Shown one piece after another: positions 27,504 through 39,643 of a stretch of DNA of 52,670 nucleotides. Every line of letters starts with the position of its first letter. The stretch's first letter is position 1. Where the stretch lies: assembly GCA_040386535.1 (NCBI GenBank), contig JAZKFH010000036.1:1-52670 (forward strand), written 5' to 3'. Origin of the DNA: Myxococcota bacterium. Its GTDB lineage: Bacteria > Myxococcota_A > UBA796 > SXON01. Made by a program: the position numbers and the translations under genes. Below the pieces are notes generated by a model. It was not told the origin of the DNA. It did no database searches and worked only from the letters and a program-made list of their open reading frames with translations.

Positions 27504-29387
27504 ATGTTCCTGTTGCTGCTGTCCGCCGCCTGCCAGCCCGACACGCCGCCCGGCAAGCAACCGTGCGACGAGACCCCCTGGTACGCCGACGCGGACGGAG
27601 ACGGCTACGGGGCCGCCGCCGTGTCGACCGTGGCCTGCGAGGCGCCCGCCGCCCATGTCGCCGACGCGACGGACTGTGACGACGCGGACGCGACCCGGTC
27701 GCCCGGCGCGCCCGAGCGCCTCGACGGCGCGGATGACGACTGTGACACCGAGGTGGACGAGGTCGCCGCGCCCTGGGAGACCGATCTGGTCGCCAACGGG
27801 GGGTTCGAGGCCGGGGACCTCTCCGGGTGGACGCTCGAGAGCGGGCCGTGCGAGGTGGTGACGGGCCTCGAGTGGATCGTTCCGTACGAGGGGACGTTCA
27901 TGCTCCACGGCGGCCAGGGCGGCACGGGCGATTGCCTCGTCTCCCAGTCGTTCGACCTGGTCGCGCTGGGGCTCGCCCCGGAGGACCTGGACTCGGGCCG
28001 CGCCGGCGTGGACGCGATGGGCGTGCTGGCGAACGAGGTGGACGCGGCCGCGGCGGGCTGGTTCACGACGTACGACCGCGCGCTGCTGCGCGTGCGCTAC
28101 CTCGACGCGGACGGCGGCGAGCTGGGCTCGATCCGCACGCTCCTGTCCGAGGCCGAGGCCTGGGCGGGCCGCGGCACCGGCGGGACGCTCCCGGTCGGCA
28201 CGCGCAAGCTGGTCCTGGAGGTGCAGGGCAAGCTCCGGGAGGGCCTGGAGGTCGACAGCGTGGCCGACACCGTGTCGTTGTCCATGACGACGGAGACCCC
28301 GTTCTCCCCCACGATCACCCTCCTCCCGTTCCTCCAGGACTTCCGCCAGGACGCGATGCGCCTGTTGTGGGAGACCGACGGCAACCTGTGCGCGCACGTC
28401 GTGGAGTGGGGCCCCACCGGCGCGCCGCTCACGAACGTCGTCACCGTGGTCGACACCGTGGAGATCGACGCGGCGCACTTCGTGCACTCCGCCACGATCG
28501 AGGGGCTCTCCGCGGGCACACGCTACGACTACCGCGTCCGCAGCGGCGACACGTGGTCGGACACCTACACCTTCCGCACCGCGCCGACTGCGGGGGAGGC
28601 CTTCGCGGTGGGCTGGACCGGCGACAACCAGAACGGGCCCGAGACCTTCACCGGGCACCTGGAGGGCATGGTGGCCCGCGGCGCCGATCTGTTCATGTCG
28701 CCCGGCGACATCGTCCACAACTGGACCTGGACAGGGAGCAGCGTCGAGAACTGGCACGAGGAGTGGTTCACGCCGCTCGAAGCCTCGGGGTTCAGCGCCA
28801 CCCGTCCGGTGCTGTTCGCGCGCGGCAACCACGACAACCACTACTCGCTCGCCTACGCCTACAGCGCCCTGCCCGAGAACGAGGATTGGTACTCGTTCTC
28901 GTATGGCAACGTGTTCTTCGTCGTGCTCGACTCGAACTCCCACACCGACTCCGAGGCCACCGTGCTCTCCCAGAAGGAGTACCTCGCGGCGGCGCTCGCC
29001 TCGGACGCCGCGATCGCGGCCGACTTCCGCGTGGTCACCTTCCACAACCCGCCGTATACCAACTCGCGCCACGACTACAGCCAGGTGGGCTTCACCAACG
29101 CCCAGGAAGATTGGGTTCCGCTGCTCGAGGGCGGCGGGGTCGACCTCGTGGTCGGCGGCCACTTTCACGCCTACCAGCGCGGTGCCCAGAACGGCGTGAC
29201 CTACGTGGTGGTGGGCGGCGGCGGCGCGGGGCTCGACACCTACGTGGTCGATCTGTACGACTTCTTCGAGGTGGTGGAGCAGGTGCACCACTACGCGATG
29301 ATGGAGGTGGACGGCAAGACGCTCACCTGGACCGTGTACGACACGAACGCCGCGGAGCTGGACAGCTTCACGCTCCATGCGGATTGA
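27504..29387 (+). CDS. Purple-acid-phosphatase-like metallophosphoesterase lipoprotein with MopE-like repeat and FN3-like domain
   Basis: WYADADGDGYG..DCDD..PGAPE..DGADDDCD; TGDNQ, PGDIV, RGNHD, TFHNP, GGHFH. Confidence 0.88.
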   Translation: MFLLLLSAACQPDTPPGKQPCDETPWYADADGDGYGAAAVSTVACEAPAAHVADATDCDDADATRSPGAPERLDGADDDCDTEVDEVAAPWETDLVANGGFEAGDLSGWTLESGPCEVVTGLEWIVPYEGTFMLHGGQGGTGDCLVSQSFDLVALGLAPEDLDSGRAGVDAMGVLANEVDAAAAGWFTTYDRALLRVRYLDADGGELGSIRTLLSEAEAWAGRGTGGTLPVGTRKLVLEVQGKLREGLEVDSVADTVSLSMTTETPFSPTITLLPFLQDFRQDAMRLLWETDGNLCAHVVEWGPTGAPLTNVVTVVDTVEIDAAHFVHSATIEGLSAGTRYDYRVRSGDTWSDTYTFRTAPTAGEAFAVGWTGDNQNGPETFTGHLEGMVARGADLFMSPGDIVHNWTWTGSSVENWHEEWFTPLEASGFSATRPVLFARGNHDNHYSLAYAYSALPENEDWYSFSYGNVFFVVLDSNSHTDSEATVLSQKEYLAAALASDAAIAADFRVVTFHNPPYTNSRHDYSQVGFTNAQEDWVPLLEGGGVDLVVGGHFHAYQRGAQNGVTYVVVGGGGAGLDTYVVDLYDFFEVVEQVHHYAMMEVDGKTLTWTVYDTNAAELDSFTLHAD

Positions 29388-29446
29388 GCGGACGCGCGTC
29401 GGTCATCGGAGGTAAAGTCGCGAGCCGCCCGGTTGAACGCATCCCC

Positions 29447-30469
29447 ATGATCCGCTCCTCCCCCGTTCGCTTCTCCTCGGCCCTCGCGTTCGTGCTCGTC
29501 GGCGTCGGCTGTACGGGAGATGATTCGGACACCGGCGTCGACGAGCCCACCCCGACCTGCGCCGTGCGCCTCGTGGAGACCGAGCCCGTGGAGGCGTCCG
29601 CCGACGCGTACATCCGGGGCACCGTCGAGTTCGAGCTCACCGACGCCGACCCCTTCGCCACCATCGTGATGGACGGGGTGACCGGCACCGTGAGCACCCG
29701 CGGCAGCCGCGGGCAGGTCGTCGTGTTCACGCCCGACGCCCCGCTCACGCCCCGCACGTCCTACACAGCCACGCTCTCGTGGTGCGGCGGCACGCAGGCG
29801 CTCTCGTTCGCCACGTCGGACGCCGGCCTCCCGCTCGAAGAGGACCCGAGCGCCCTCGCCGGCCGGGTCTACTCGGTGCCGTTCCGGTCCGGGCGCATCG
29901 TCGAGCCCGACGGGGCCGCTGGAGTGCTCGGCCAGTACCTCACGCAGACGGATCTGCTGCGCGTGGACTCCGCCAGCGGGGGCACGCTCCAGGTCACCAA
30001 CGCCCTGGCCCGCAACCTGACGGATCCGCCCGAGCAGGACTGGTGCGTCCCCACCGAGGCGTTCGAGCCGGCCGACTTCACCGGCGCGCCCACGTTCACG
30101 CTCCACGCCGAGCGGGTCCGCATGCTGTTGGCCGGGGTCGTCGTCGAGCTGCAGGGGCTCGAGGTGTCCGGCACGTTCCTCCCGGACGGGCGCTCGATCG
30201 CCGGGGGCGAGGTCCGCTACATCATGGACATGCGGCCCCTCGCGCCGATGGTGGACCCCACGGATCCAGGCTCCGTGTGCGCCGCCGCCGCCCAGTTCGA
30301 CGAGGTCTGCGAGGCCTGCCCCGACTCGGGTGAGCCGTTTTGCCTGCGTTTCCACCTCGACCAGCTGGAGGGCAGCCTCGTCGAGGGCCTCGGCTTGGAC
30401 CCCGTGCCGGGCGTCGATTGCCCTGCGTGCGACACCACCCCTCCCGCTCCGGACGCCGAATGCGAGTAA
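29447..30469 (+). CDS. Lipoprotein with Ig-like (Big_5-like) domain
   Basis: GVGC lipobox; VVFTPDAPLTPRTSYTATL..LSFAT; Cys-rich C-terminus. Confidence 0.8.
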   Translation: MIRSSPVRFSSALAFVLVGVGCTGDDSDTGVDEPTPTCAVRLVETEPVEASADAYIRGTVEFELTDADPFATIVMDGVTGTVSTRGSRGQVVVFTPDAPLTPRTSYTATLSWCGGTQALSFATSDAGLPLEEDPSALAGRVYSVPFRSGRIVEPDGAAGVLGQYLTQTDLLRVDSASGGTLQVTNALARNLTDPPEQDWCVPTEAFEPADFTGAPTFTLHAERVRMLLAGVVVELQGLEVSGTFLPDGRSIAGGEVRYIMDMRPLAPMVDPTDPGSVCAAAAQFDEVCEACPDSGEPFCLRFHLDQLEGSLVEGLGLDPVPGVDCPACDTTPPAPDAECE

Positions 30470-31854
30470 TGCTTGCCCTCCTGGCCGCGTGCACCGACCC
30501 CGATAGCGGCGACAAGGACGGCGACACCGCGATCGAGAAGACCTGCGTCGGGAGCCTCCTCGACGCCGACTCGTTGGCGGTCACGATCTCCCCCGACATC
30601 GCCACCATCGCCACGCTCGACCTCACGGTCGACGGCCCCGCCGACGTGACGATCACCCTGACCGCCGACGGCGCCCCCGATGTCGAGCCCCCGACCTTCA
30701 CCGGCCTGGACGGCGCGGTGTCGCTCCCGATCTACGGCTTGCGTCCCGACTCGACGTACAGCGCGCGCGTGGTGGCCCAGACGGCCGAGGACTGCGCGGA
30801 GGAGAGCGTCGACATCGTCACCGGGAGCCTGCCCGCCTCCCTCCCCCCGGTCACCCTCGTGATGCCCGGCGACACCTGGGGCACCTACACGCTGACCGGC
30901 TGGATCGACAACGAGGACTACAACAACACCGGCGCGCTCATCCTGGACGAGGGCGGCGTGCCCGTGTGGTTCTGGATCGCGCCGCTGGGCGTCGCCGCGC
31001 ACGCCTCCTGGGCGATCGACGGGAGCGACATCCTCGTGCGCTCGGACGACCGCAGCACGCCCGGCCAGGCCGCGGTGTACCGCGTGTCGATGGCAGGCGA
31101 GCTGATCGAGCAGCTGACCGTGCCGCACGCGCACCACAACCTCGGGCAGGCGCCCGATCTGTCGTTCGCCTACCTCCGCGCCATCTCCCGCGAGATCGAC
31201 GGAGAGGCGATCACGGGCGACGAGATCGTGGAGCGGAGCCCGGACGGCACCGAGCGGGTGGTCTGGAACGCGTTCGATTGCCTGCCCGGCATCGAGGAGC
31301 ATGACGCCTGGAACGTAGAGACCGCGCCGATCCCGGGCCGTGACTGGACCCACACCAACGGCCTCTCCTACTGCGCGGCCGACGACACGTGGTTGATCTC
31401 CACCTACTACCTGCACGAGATCCACAAGATCCGGCGCTCGGACTGCTCCTCGGTGTGGGTGTTGGACGGCGACGGAGGCGTCGAGGGGGGGTACGCGATC
31501 ACCGACCCCGCCGAGGACTTCGGGCCCCAACACGCGGCGGTGTGCTCGGACAGCGGGATCGTGCTGTTCGACAACCGCCACGGGGACGGGGAGATCTCGC
31601 GGGGGCTCGCGCTCGACATGGACGAGGCCACCGAGACCGCGACCGTGCGCTGGTCCGTGTCCCATCCCGGCGGGATGCAGACCGGGCTCCTCGGGGCAAC
31701 GTCGTTGCTTCCCGACGGATCCACCCTCTTCGGATGGGGCGCGATCGGCGAGATCACGGTGAGCGACGCCACCGGCGCGGTCGGGTGGCGGCTCGCGATC
31801 GACCACACGACCCTCGGGAGCGTCGAGCGGCGGGAGGGCTTGTACGGGCCGTGA
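30469..31854 (+). CDS. Arylsulfotransferase (ASST) family lipoprotein
   Basis: HAHHN, DWTHTNGL, PQHAA, LFDN motifs; TAATG coupling (alternative start 30460). Confidence 0.8.
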   Translation: MLALLAACTDPDSGDKDGDTAIEKTCVGSLLDADSLAVTISPDIATIATLDLTVDGPADVTITLTADGAPDVEPPTFTGLDGAVSLPIYGLRPDSTYSARVVAQTAEDCAEESVDIVTGSLPASLPPVTLVMPGDTWGTYTLTGWIDNEDYNNTGALILDEGGVPVWFWIAPLGVAAHASWAIDGSDILVRSDDRSTPGQAAVYRVSMAGELIEQLTVPHAHHNLGQAPDLSFAYLRAISREIDGEAITGDEIVERSPDGTERVVWNAFDCLPGIEEHDAWNVETAPIPGRDWTHTNGLSYCAADDTWLISTYYLHEIHKIRRSDCSSVWVLDGDGGVEGGYAITDPAEDFGPQHAAVCSDSGIVLFDNRHGDGEISRGLALDMDEATETATVRWSVSHPGGMQTGLLGATSLLPDGSTLFGWGAIGEITVSDATGAVGWRLAIDHTTLGSVERREGLYGP

Positions 31855-31899
31855 GCGGAGGGGAGCGCGAGCCCGGCGGCCCTCGCTCCTGCGCGCCGG

Positions 31900-32673
31900 C
31901 TAGTTGAAGACCACCACGCCGCCGTCGAGCTCGCTGATGACGCCGGCTTCCGCGGCGCCGAACACGTCGAGCGTGGAGTCGCCGTCGACCTCGGCATCGA
32001 CGATGCCGTTCACGGTGATCTCCGCGTTGCCGGTGCCGGTGAGCACGGCGTTGAGGTAGCCCGCGACGAGATCCTTGGCGGCCAGGCTGCCGCTCCCGGA
32101 GATCATCAGGTCCACCCGGCCCGCTTCGCCGCCGAGCGTGGCGTCGCCGGTGCCGCGCAGATCGATGTTCAGCTGGTCGGCCGTGACCTGGTCGATCTTG
32201 ACCTCGCCGGTGCCGCCCACGAGGATGTTCAGCTCCGCGGCCGCCACGGACGCGAGGATCACCGAGCCGTTCCCGTTGACCTCGATGGTCCGGACGTTGG
32301 TCATCGGGTCCTCACAGATGATGTCGCCGTCGCCGTCCGAGACCACGTCCGTGACGGCGTCGTCGGTGACCACGGTGATGCCGCAGTCGAACACCGAGGC
32401 GACCTCCGCGGCGAAATCGATGATGAGGGTGCCGCTCGCGTCCACGGCCGTCGTGACGTCGGCCATGAAGTCGCCCGAGCACGTGACGAGCACGTCGCCG
32501 GCCTGGAGGCCGTCGCCCGAGCCGTCGGTCACCAGCACCACGTCGGCGTCACTGCGGTTGTTGACGCCCGTGAAGCCGTCGAAGTTGCGCGTCTCCTTGC
32601 TCAGGTCGATCTGGCAGCCCGCGGCCGTCAGGAGCAGTCCGCCAAGAAAAGCGTGGATCAACTTGATTTGCAT
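31900..32673 (-). CDS. DUF2807/GIN-domain lipoprotein (adhesin-head-like)
   Basis: AAGC lipobox; ETRNFDGFTGV; repeated xxGxGxx beta-helix turns; true start 32673 inside the long 31900..35745 ORF. Confidence 0.85.
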   Translation of the reverse strand: MQIKLIHAFLGGLLLTAAGCQIDLSKETRNFDGFTGVNNRSDADVVLVTDGSGDGLQAGDVLVTCSGDFMADVTTAVDASGTLIIDFAAEVASVFDCGITVVTDDAVTDVVSDGDGDIICEDPMTNVRTIEVNGNGSVILASVAAAELNILVGGTGEVKIDQVTADQLNIDLRGTGDATLGGEAGRVDLMISGSGSLAAKDLVAGYLNAVLTGTGNAEITVNGIVDAEVDGDSTLDVFGAAEAGVISELDGGVVVFN

Positions 32674-32853
32674 GTCTTCCTCTCTCTGGCCTGGGCTTAG
32701 CGGACGGGCCCGAGGCGGGAGGGTCCAGGGCCGTTGCGTTGTGTCCCCATGCGTTGGGTGGACATGGAGACATGGCGTTCTGTGCCCTTGTGTGCCGTGC
32801 GGTCTCCGCGACAGGCCCCGCCGGACGAGTCCGGCGCGGATAGAGCGGGCGGG

Positions 32854-35829
<2,976 letters not shown>

Positions 35830-35990
35830 CGCATTCGACCCCGACCGGAAGGGGGTCGTAGGCCCAGTGGACCCTCCGCTGGCCTTGGGCTACGGCATGG
35901 GCACCATGAACCCGGAACGCTCGCGTGGTGCGATCCCCGTGTCCGGGATGCATGGGTCCGTCAGCCGGGGCAGGCCCCGAAGGAAAGATC

Positions 35991-37619
35991 ATGCGCAAGA
36001 TTGCGCTCTGGATCCTCGCGTTCGTCACGTTGTTGGCCGCGGTCGTCACGGCTAAACTCGTGGGCCTCGGCATGGCCGTGGTCGTCGCCCTGTTCGTTCC
36101 CCTCTCCACCCTCCTCACCCGCGATCTGCTCCAGACGCGGCACGCCATCCGGCGAAACTTCCCTCTCCTCGGGCACTTCCGTTACCTGCTCGAGTCCATC
36201 CGGCCGGAGATCAACCAGTACTTCGTCGAGTCGAACGAAGACGGTACTCCGTTCAGCCGTGACCTGCGCTCCGTCGTCTACCAGCGGGCCAAGCGCGAAG
36301 TAGACTCCGTGCCCTTCGGCATGCGGCGGGACGCCTACGAGACCGGCCACGAGTGGGTGAGCCACTCGCTGGTCCCCACCAAGATCGATCAGGGCGACAT
36401 GCGCACCCGCATCGGCGGCCCGCGCTGCAAGCAGCCCTACGACGCGAGCGTCTTCAACGTGAGCGCGATGAGCTACGGCGCGCTCAGCAAGAACGCGATC
36501 GAGGCGCTCAACGCCGGCGCGATGGCCGGCGGCTTTGCGCACAACACCGGGGAGGGCGGGGTGAGCCCCCACCACCTCAAGCACGGCGGCGACCTGATCT
36601 GGCAGATCGGCACGGGCTATTTCGGGTGTCGCACCCCGGAAGGCCGCTTCTCCCCCGAGAAGTACAGCGCCATGGCCAGCCGGCCGCAGATCAAGATGAT
36701 CGAGCTGAAGCTCTCGCAGGGTGCCAAGCCCGGCCTCGGCGGTCTGTTGCCCGCCGCGAAGGTGACGCCCGAGATCTCGGAGATCCGCGGCGTGCCGATG
36801 GGGGTCGACGTGCACTCGCCGCCCTCCCACGCCGAGTTCAGCACCCCGATCGAGCTGCTCGAGTTCATCACGCGGCTGCAGGACCTCTCCGGCGGAAAGC
36901 CGGTCGGCATCAAGCTCTGCCTGGGCTCGGTCACCGAGTTCATGGCGATCTGCAAGGCGATGGTCGCGACCGGCATGATGCCGGACTTCGTCACGGTCGA
37001 CGGCGCGGAGGGCGGCACCGGCGCGGCTCCGCTCGAGTTCACCAACCACGTGGGCATGCCGCTGGAGGACGCCCTCGTGCGCGTGCAGAACTGCCTCGTG
37101 GGCTTCGATCTGCGGCGCCACGTCTCGGTGATCTGCAGCGGGCGCATCGTCACGGGGTTCGACCTCGTGAAGCGGCTCGCTCTGGGCGCCGACGCGTGCA
37201 ACTCCGCGCGGGCCATGATGATGGCGCTCGGGTGCATCCAGGCGTTGCGCTGCAACACCAACCAATGCCCCACCGGCGTCGCGACGCAGGATCCGTGGCT
37301 CGTCCGCGGCCTCGTGGTGCCCGACAAGGCGGTGCGCGTCGCGAACTACCACCGGGAGACCCTCAAGGCCGCCCGGAACATCGTCGAGGCGATGGGCGTC
37401 GCGCGGCTCTCCGAGCTCACGCCGCGCCACATCCTGCGCCGGACCTCCACCGGGGAGGCCAAACGGTGCGATCAGCTCTTCAGCTTCGTGGAGCCGGGCA
37501 GCTTCGCGTCGGGCGAGATGCCCGAGCCGTACGCCTCCGCCTTCGAGGTGGCGCGCGCCGAGTCGTTCCACGGCGAGCCGGTCATGCGCACCTGGCGCGC
37601 CGCGCGGTTGAGCGGATGA
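35991..37619 (+). CDS. FMN-binding glutamate synthase family protein
   Basis: SAMSYGALS, HNTGEGG, IELKLSQGAKPG, DGAEGGTGAAP, GCIQALRCNTNQCPTGVATQ. Confidence 0.93.
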   Translation: MRKIALWILAFVTLLAAVVTAKLVGLGMAVVVALFVPLSTLLTRDLLQTRHAIRRNFPLLGHFRYLLESIRPEINQYFVESNEDGTPFSRDLRSVVYQRAKREVDSVPFGMRRDAYETGHEWVSHSLVPTKIDQGDMRTRIGGPRCKQPYDASVFNVSAMSYGALSKNAIEALNAGAMAGGFAHNTGEGGVSPHHLKHGGDLIWQIGTGYFGCRTPEGRFSPEKYSAMASRPQIKMIELKLSQGAKPGLGGLLPAAKVTPEISEIRGVPMGVDVHSPPSHAEFSTPIELLEFITRLQDLSGGKPVGIKLCLGSVTEFMAICKAMVATGMMPDFVTVDGAEGGTGAAPLEFTNHVGMPLEDALVRVQNCLVGFDLRRHVSVICSGRIVTGFDLVKRLALGADACNSARAMMMALGCIQALRCNTNQCPTGVATQDPWLVRGLVVPDKAVRVANYHRETLKAARNIVEAMGVARLSELTPRHILRRTSTGEAKRCDQLFSFVEPGSFASGEMPEPYASAFEVARAESFHGEPVMRTWRAARLSG

Positions 37620-38032
37620 CGCCCACCACCTCCGAGGAGCCCATCCTCATCACCGAGCAGGACCACTCCCGGCTGACCTCCCTCCTCCGGTCGGCGGATC
37701 CGAGCGAGGTCGATCAGCACCTCGTCGACGAGCTGGAGCGGGCCAACATCGTGCCGTCCTCGGAGATCCCGCCCGATGTCGTGACGATGAATTCTCGTGT
37801 CACGTACGTCGACGTGGCAACCGGTGGGGACTCGACCGTCCAGCTCGTCTACCCACACGACGCCGGCCCCGCGGGCGGCAAGCTCTCGGTGTTCGCGCCC
37901 ATCGGCGCCGCGCTGCTCGGGCTCTCCGTGGGGCAGTCCATCCAATGGGCGCTCCCCAACGGTCGGGTCCGGACCGTGCGGGTGACATCTGTCACCTACC
38001 AGCCCGAGGCGGCGGGGCACTGGGAGTTGTGA
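37616..38032 (+). CDS. rnk: Nucleoside diphosphate kinase regulator (GreA/GreB-like)
   Basis: ELERA..VP..IPPDVVTMNS, LVYP, SVFAPIGAALLGL..GQSI.W; ATGA overlap. Confidence 0.9.
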   Translation: MTPTTSEEPILITEQDHSRLTSLLRSADPSEVDQHLVDELERANIVPSSEIPPDVVTMNSRVTYVDVATGGDSTVQLVYPHDAGPAGGKLSVFAPIGAALLGLSVGQSIQWALPNGRVRTVRVTSVTYQPEAAGHWEL

Positions 38033-38102
38033 GCAACTGACACGCGGCGGAGGATCGTCTTCCGCCGCGTGTCTCTCTCCGCGCGATTCCGAGCGGGCGG
38101 GT

Positions 38103-38546
38103 TCAGCGCTCCCGCGCCGGCCCTCCGGCCAGCAGCGGCCGGTCGTAGCCGTAGCGCCGCGCCCGGTCGAGCGTCGTGAGCATGTCGCCGTACGCCACGC
38201 CGTCGTCCACGTTGAGGATGACCATCGCATCGCGCGGGTAGAGGAACCGGTCGAAGCGGAGCATCGCGTCGACGAGCGCGACATCCACGAGGCCGTCCGA
38301 CCGCGGCAGCAGGCGGCCGTGTTCCATCTTTCGGCCAAACCAGACCTGGTCCTGCGTGAAGTGGATCGTCAGCGGCGGTGCGCCGGGCTCGCCCCCGATC
38401 CCGCACCCGAGGTTGCATCCGATCGACTGCTCGACGGGCACCGCCGCCGCGGTCCCCCAGAGCGCCATCGCGAACAACATCACGGTGAGGGACGCCATCG
38501 TGTCGATCATGGGGCTCAGCTCGAGGTGGGCGATCGGCCTGCGCAT
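38103..38546 (-). CDS. ExbD/TolR-like biopolymer transport protein
   Basis: LELSPMIDTM + TM helix; DDGVAYGDMLTTLDRAR. Confidence 0.7.
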   Translation of the reverse strand: MRRPIAHLELSPMIDTMASLTVMLFAMALWGTAAAVPVEQSIGCNLGCGIGGEPGAPPLTIHFTQDQVWFGRKMEHGRLLPRSDGLVDVALVDAMLRFDRFLYPRDAMVILNVDDGVAYGDMLTTLDRARRYGYDRPLLAGGPARER

Positions 38547-38595
38547 GACCTACCGTACCCCCACACACGGCCACCAAGGCCGCTTCACACCGAAT

Positions 38596-39558
38596 TCACC
38601 GACAGCGCTCCGACACCTCCACACGAAGCGGCCGGTGGTCCGATCCCGCGCCGGTCCCCACCCGGATCGACGTGACGGTCAGGTCGCGGGACACGATCAC
38701 ATGGTCGAGCCGGGCCGACGGCAACGGAAACACGCCGTTGGGCCACGTGAAACCGAAGCCCTGCCCCGCGAGGTCCCAGGCGTCGTCACCCACCCCGTCG
38801 ATGTCGGCGAAGAAGCGACTGTAGGGAGACGCGTTCAGGTCGCCGCCGAGGATGAAGGAAACGCCGCTCGCGGCCCACGTCCGGAGCTGCGTTGCGACGT
38901 GATCGAGCGCCTGGCGGTGGAGCGCCGTGTACTCGGCCGTGCGCGGCGGCAGCGTGTGGACGTTGAGGAGCTCGATGGCGCGCCCCTCCCAGGTGATCGT
39001 GGCGCGGGTCTGCGGCAGGCCGGTCACCTCGATCTCCCCGGTGGTGTCGAGCGGCAGACGTGACAGGATGGCGCTGCCGAAGCTGTCCTCCCGCACCACC
39101 TGCCACCCCTCGGGCCACCCGTCGAACAAGCCCCGCGCGTCCAACACCGCGTGCCACGCGGGCGAGAGTTCCTGCAGCAGCACCACGTCGGCGTCGGCGG
39201 CGAAGATCTCCTCCGCGAGCGCGTTGGGCGCGGGGTGCACCATGAGCAGGTTCGCGGAGAGCACGGACAGCGCGGGGCCGCAGGCGGGCGGCGGCGTGCG
39301 CGGGAGCCACGGCGGGACCACGAGCGCGAGGTGCCAGAGCGCCACGGGCAGGGACACCGCGGCGAGCGGCCACCGCCGAACAGCGAGGGCGCCGACCAGC
39401 ACGATCCAGATGGGGGCGTACAGGTGCACCGAGAACTGGTTCGCCACCAGCAGCGGCCACGCGGCGTCGTGGGCCACGACACGCGCCAGCAGCAGCACGG
39501 CGAGCACCAGGGCGAGGGCCCAGGCGTGGGCGTGGAGGATGCGGCGGAGGGTCGGCAC
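38596..39558 (-). CDS. Membrane-anchored endonuclease/exonuclease/phosphatase (YafD-like)
   Basis: Three N-terminal TMs; SANL, VLLQE, GGDLNA, RLDHV, GSDH. Confidence 0.9.
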   Translation of the reverse strand: MPTLRRILHAHAWALALVLAVLLLARVVAHDAAWPLLVANQFSVHLYAPIWIVLVGALAVRRWPLAAVSLPVALWHLALVVPPWLPRTPPPACGPALSVLSANLLMVHPAPNALAEEIFAADADVVLLQELSPAWHAVLDARGLFDGWPEGWQVVREDSFGSAILSRLPLDTTGEIEVTGLPQTRATITWEGRAIELLNVHTLPPRTAEYTALHRQALDHVATQLRTWAASGVSFILGGDLNASPYSRFFADIDGVGDDAWDLAGQGFGFTWPNGVFPLPSARLDHVIVSRDLTVTSIRVGTGAGSDHRPLRVEVSERCR

Positions 39559-39643
39559 GGCCGCAGTGTAGCGGGTCTGGATGGGGGCAGACGGACGGCG
39601 CCGAGCCGCCGCCGCTGCGGAGGCGGGGTGGGTGGGGCGCGGG

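Noticed and set aside
37981..37996. matS-like palindrome GGTGACA-TC-TGTCACC inside rnk
   Set aside because: One base longer than matS and a single occurrence; cannot be separated from chance.
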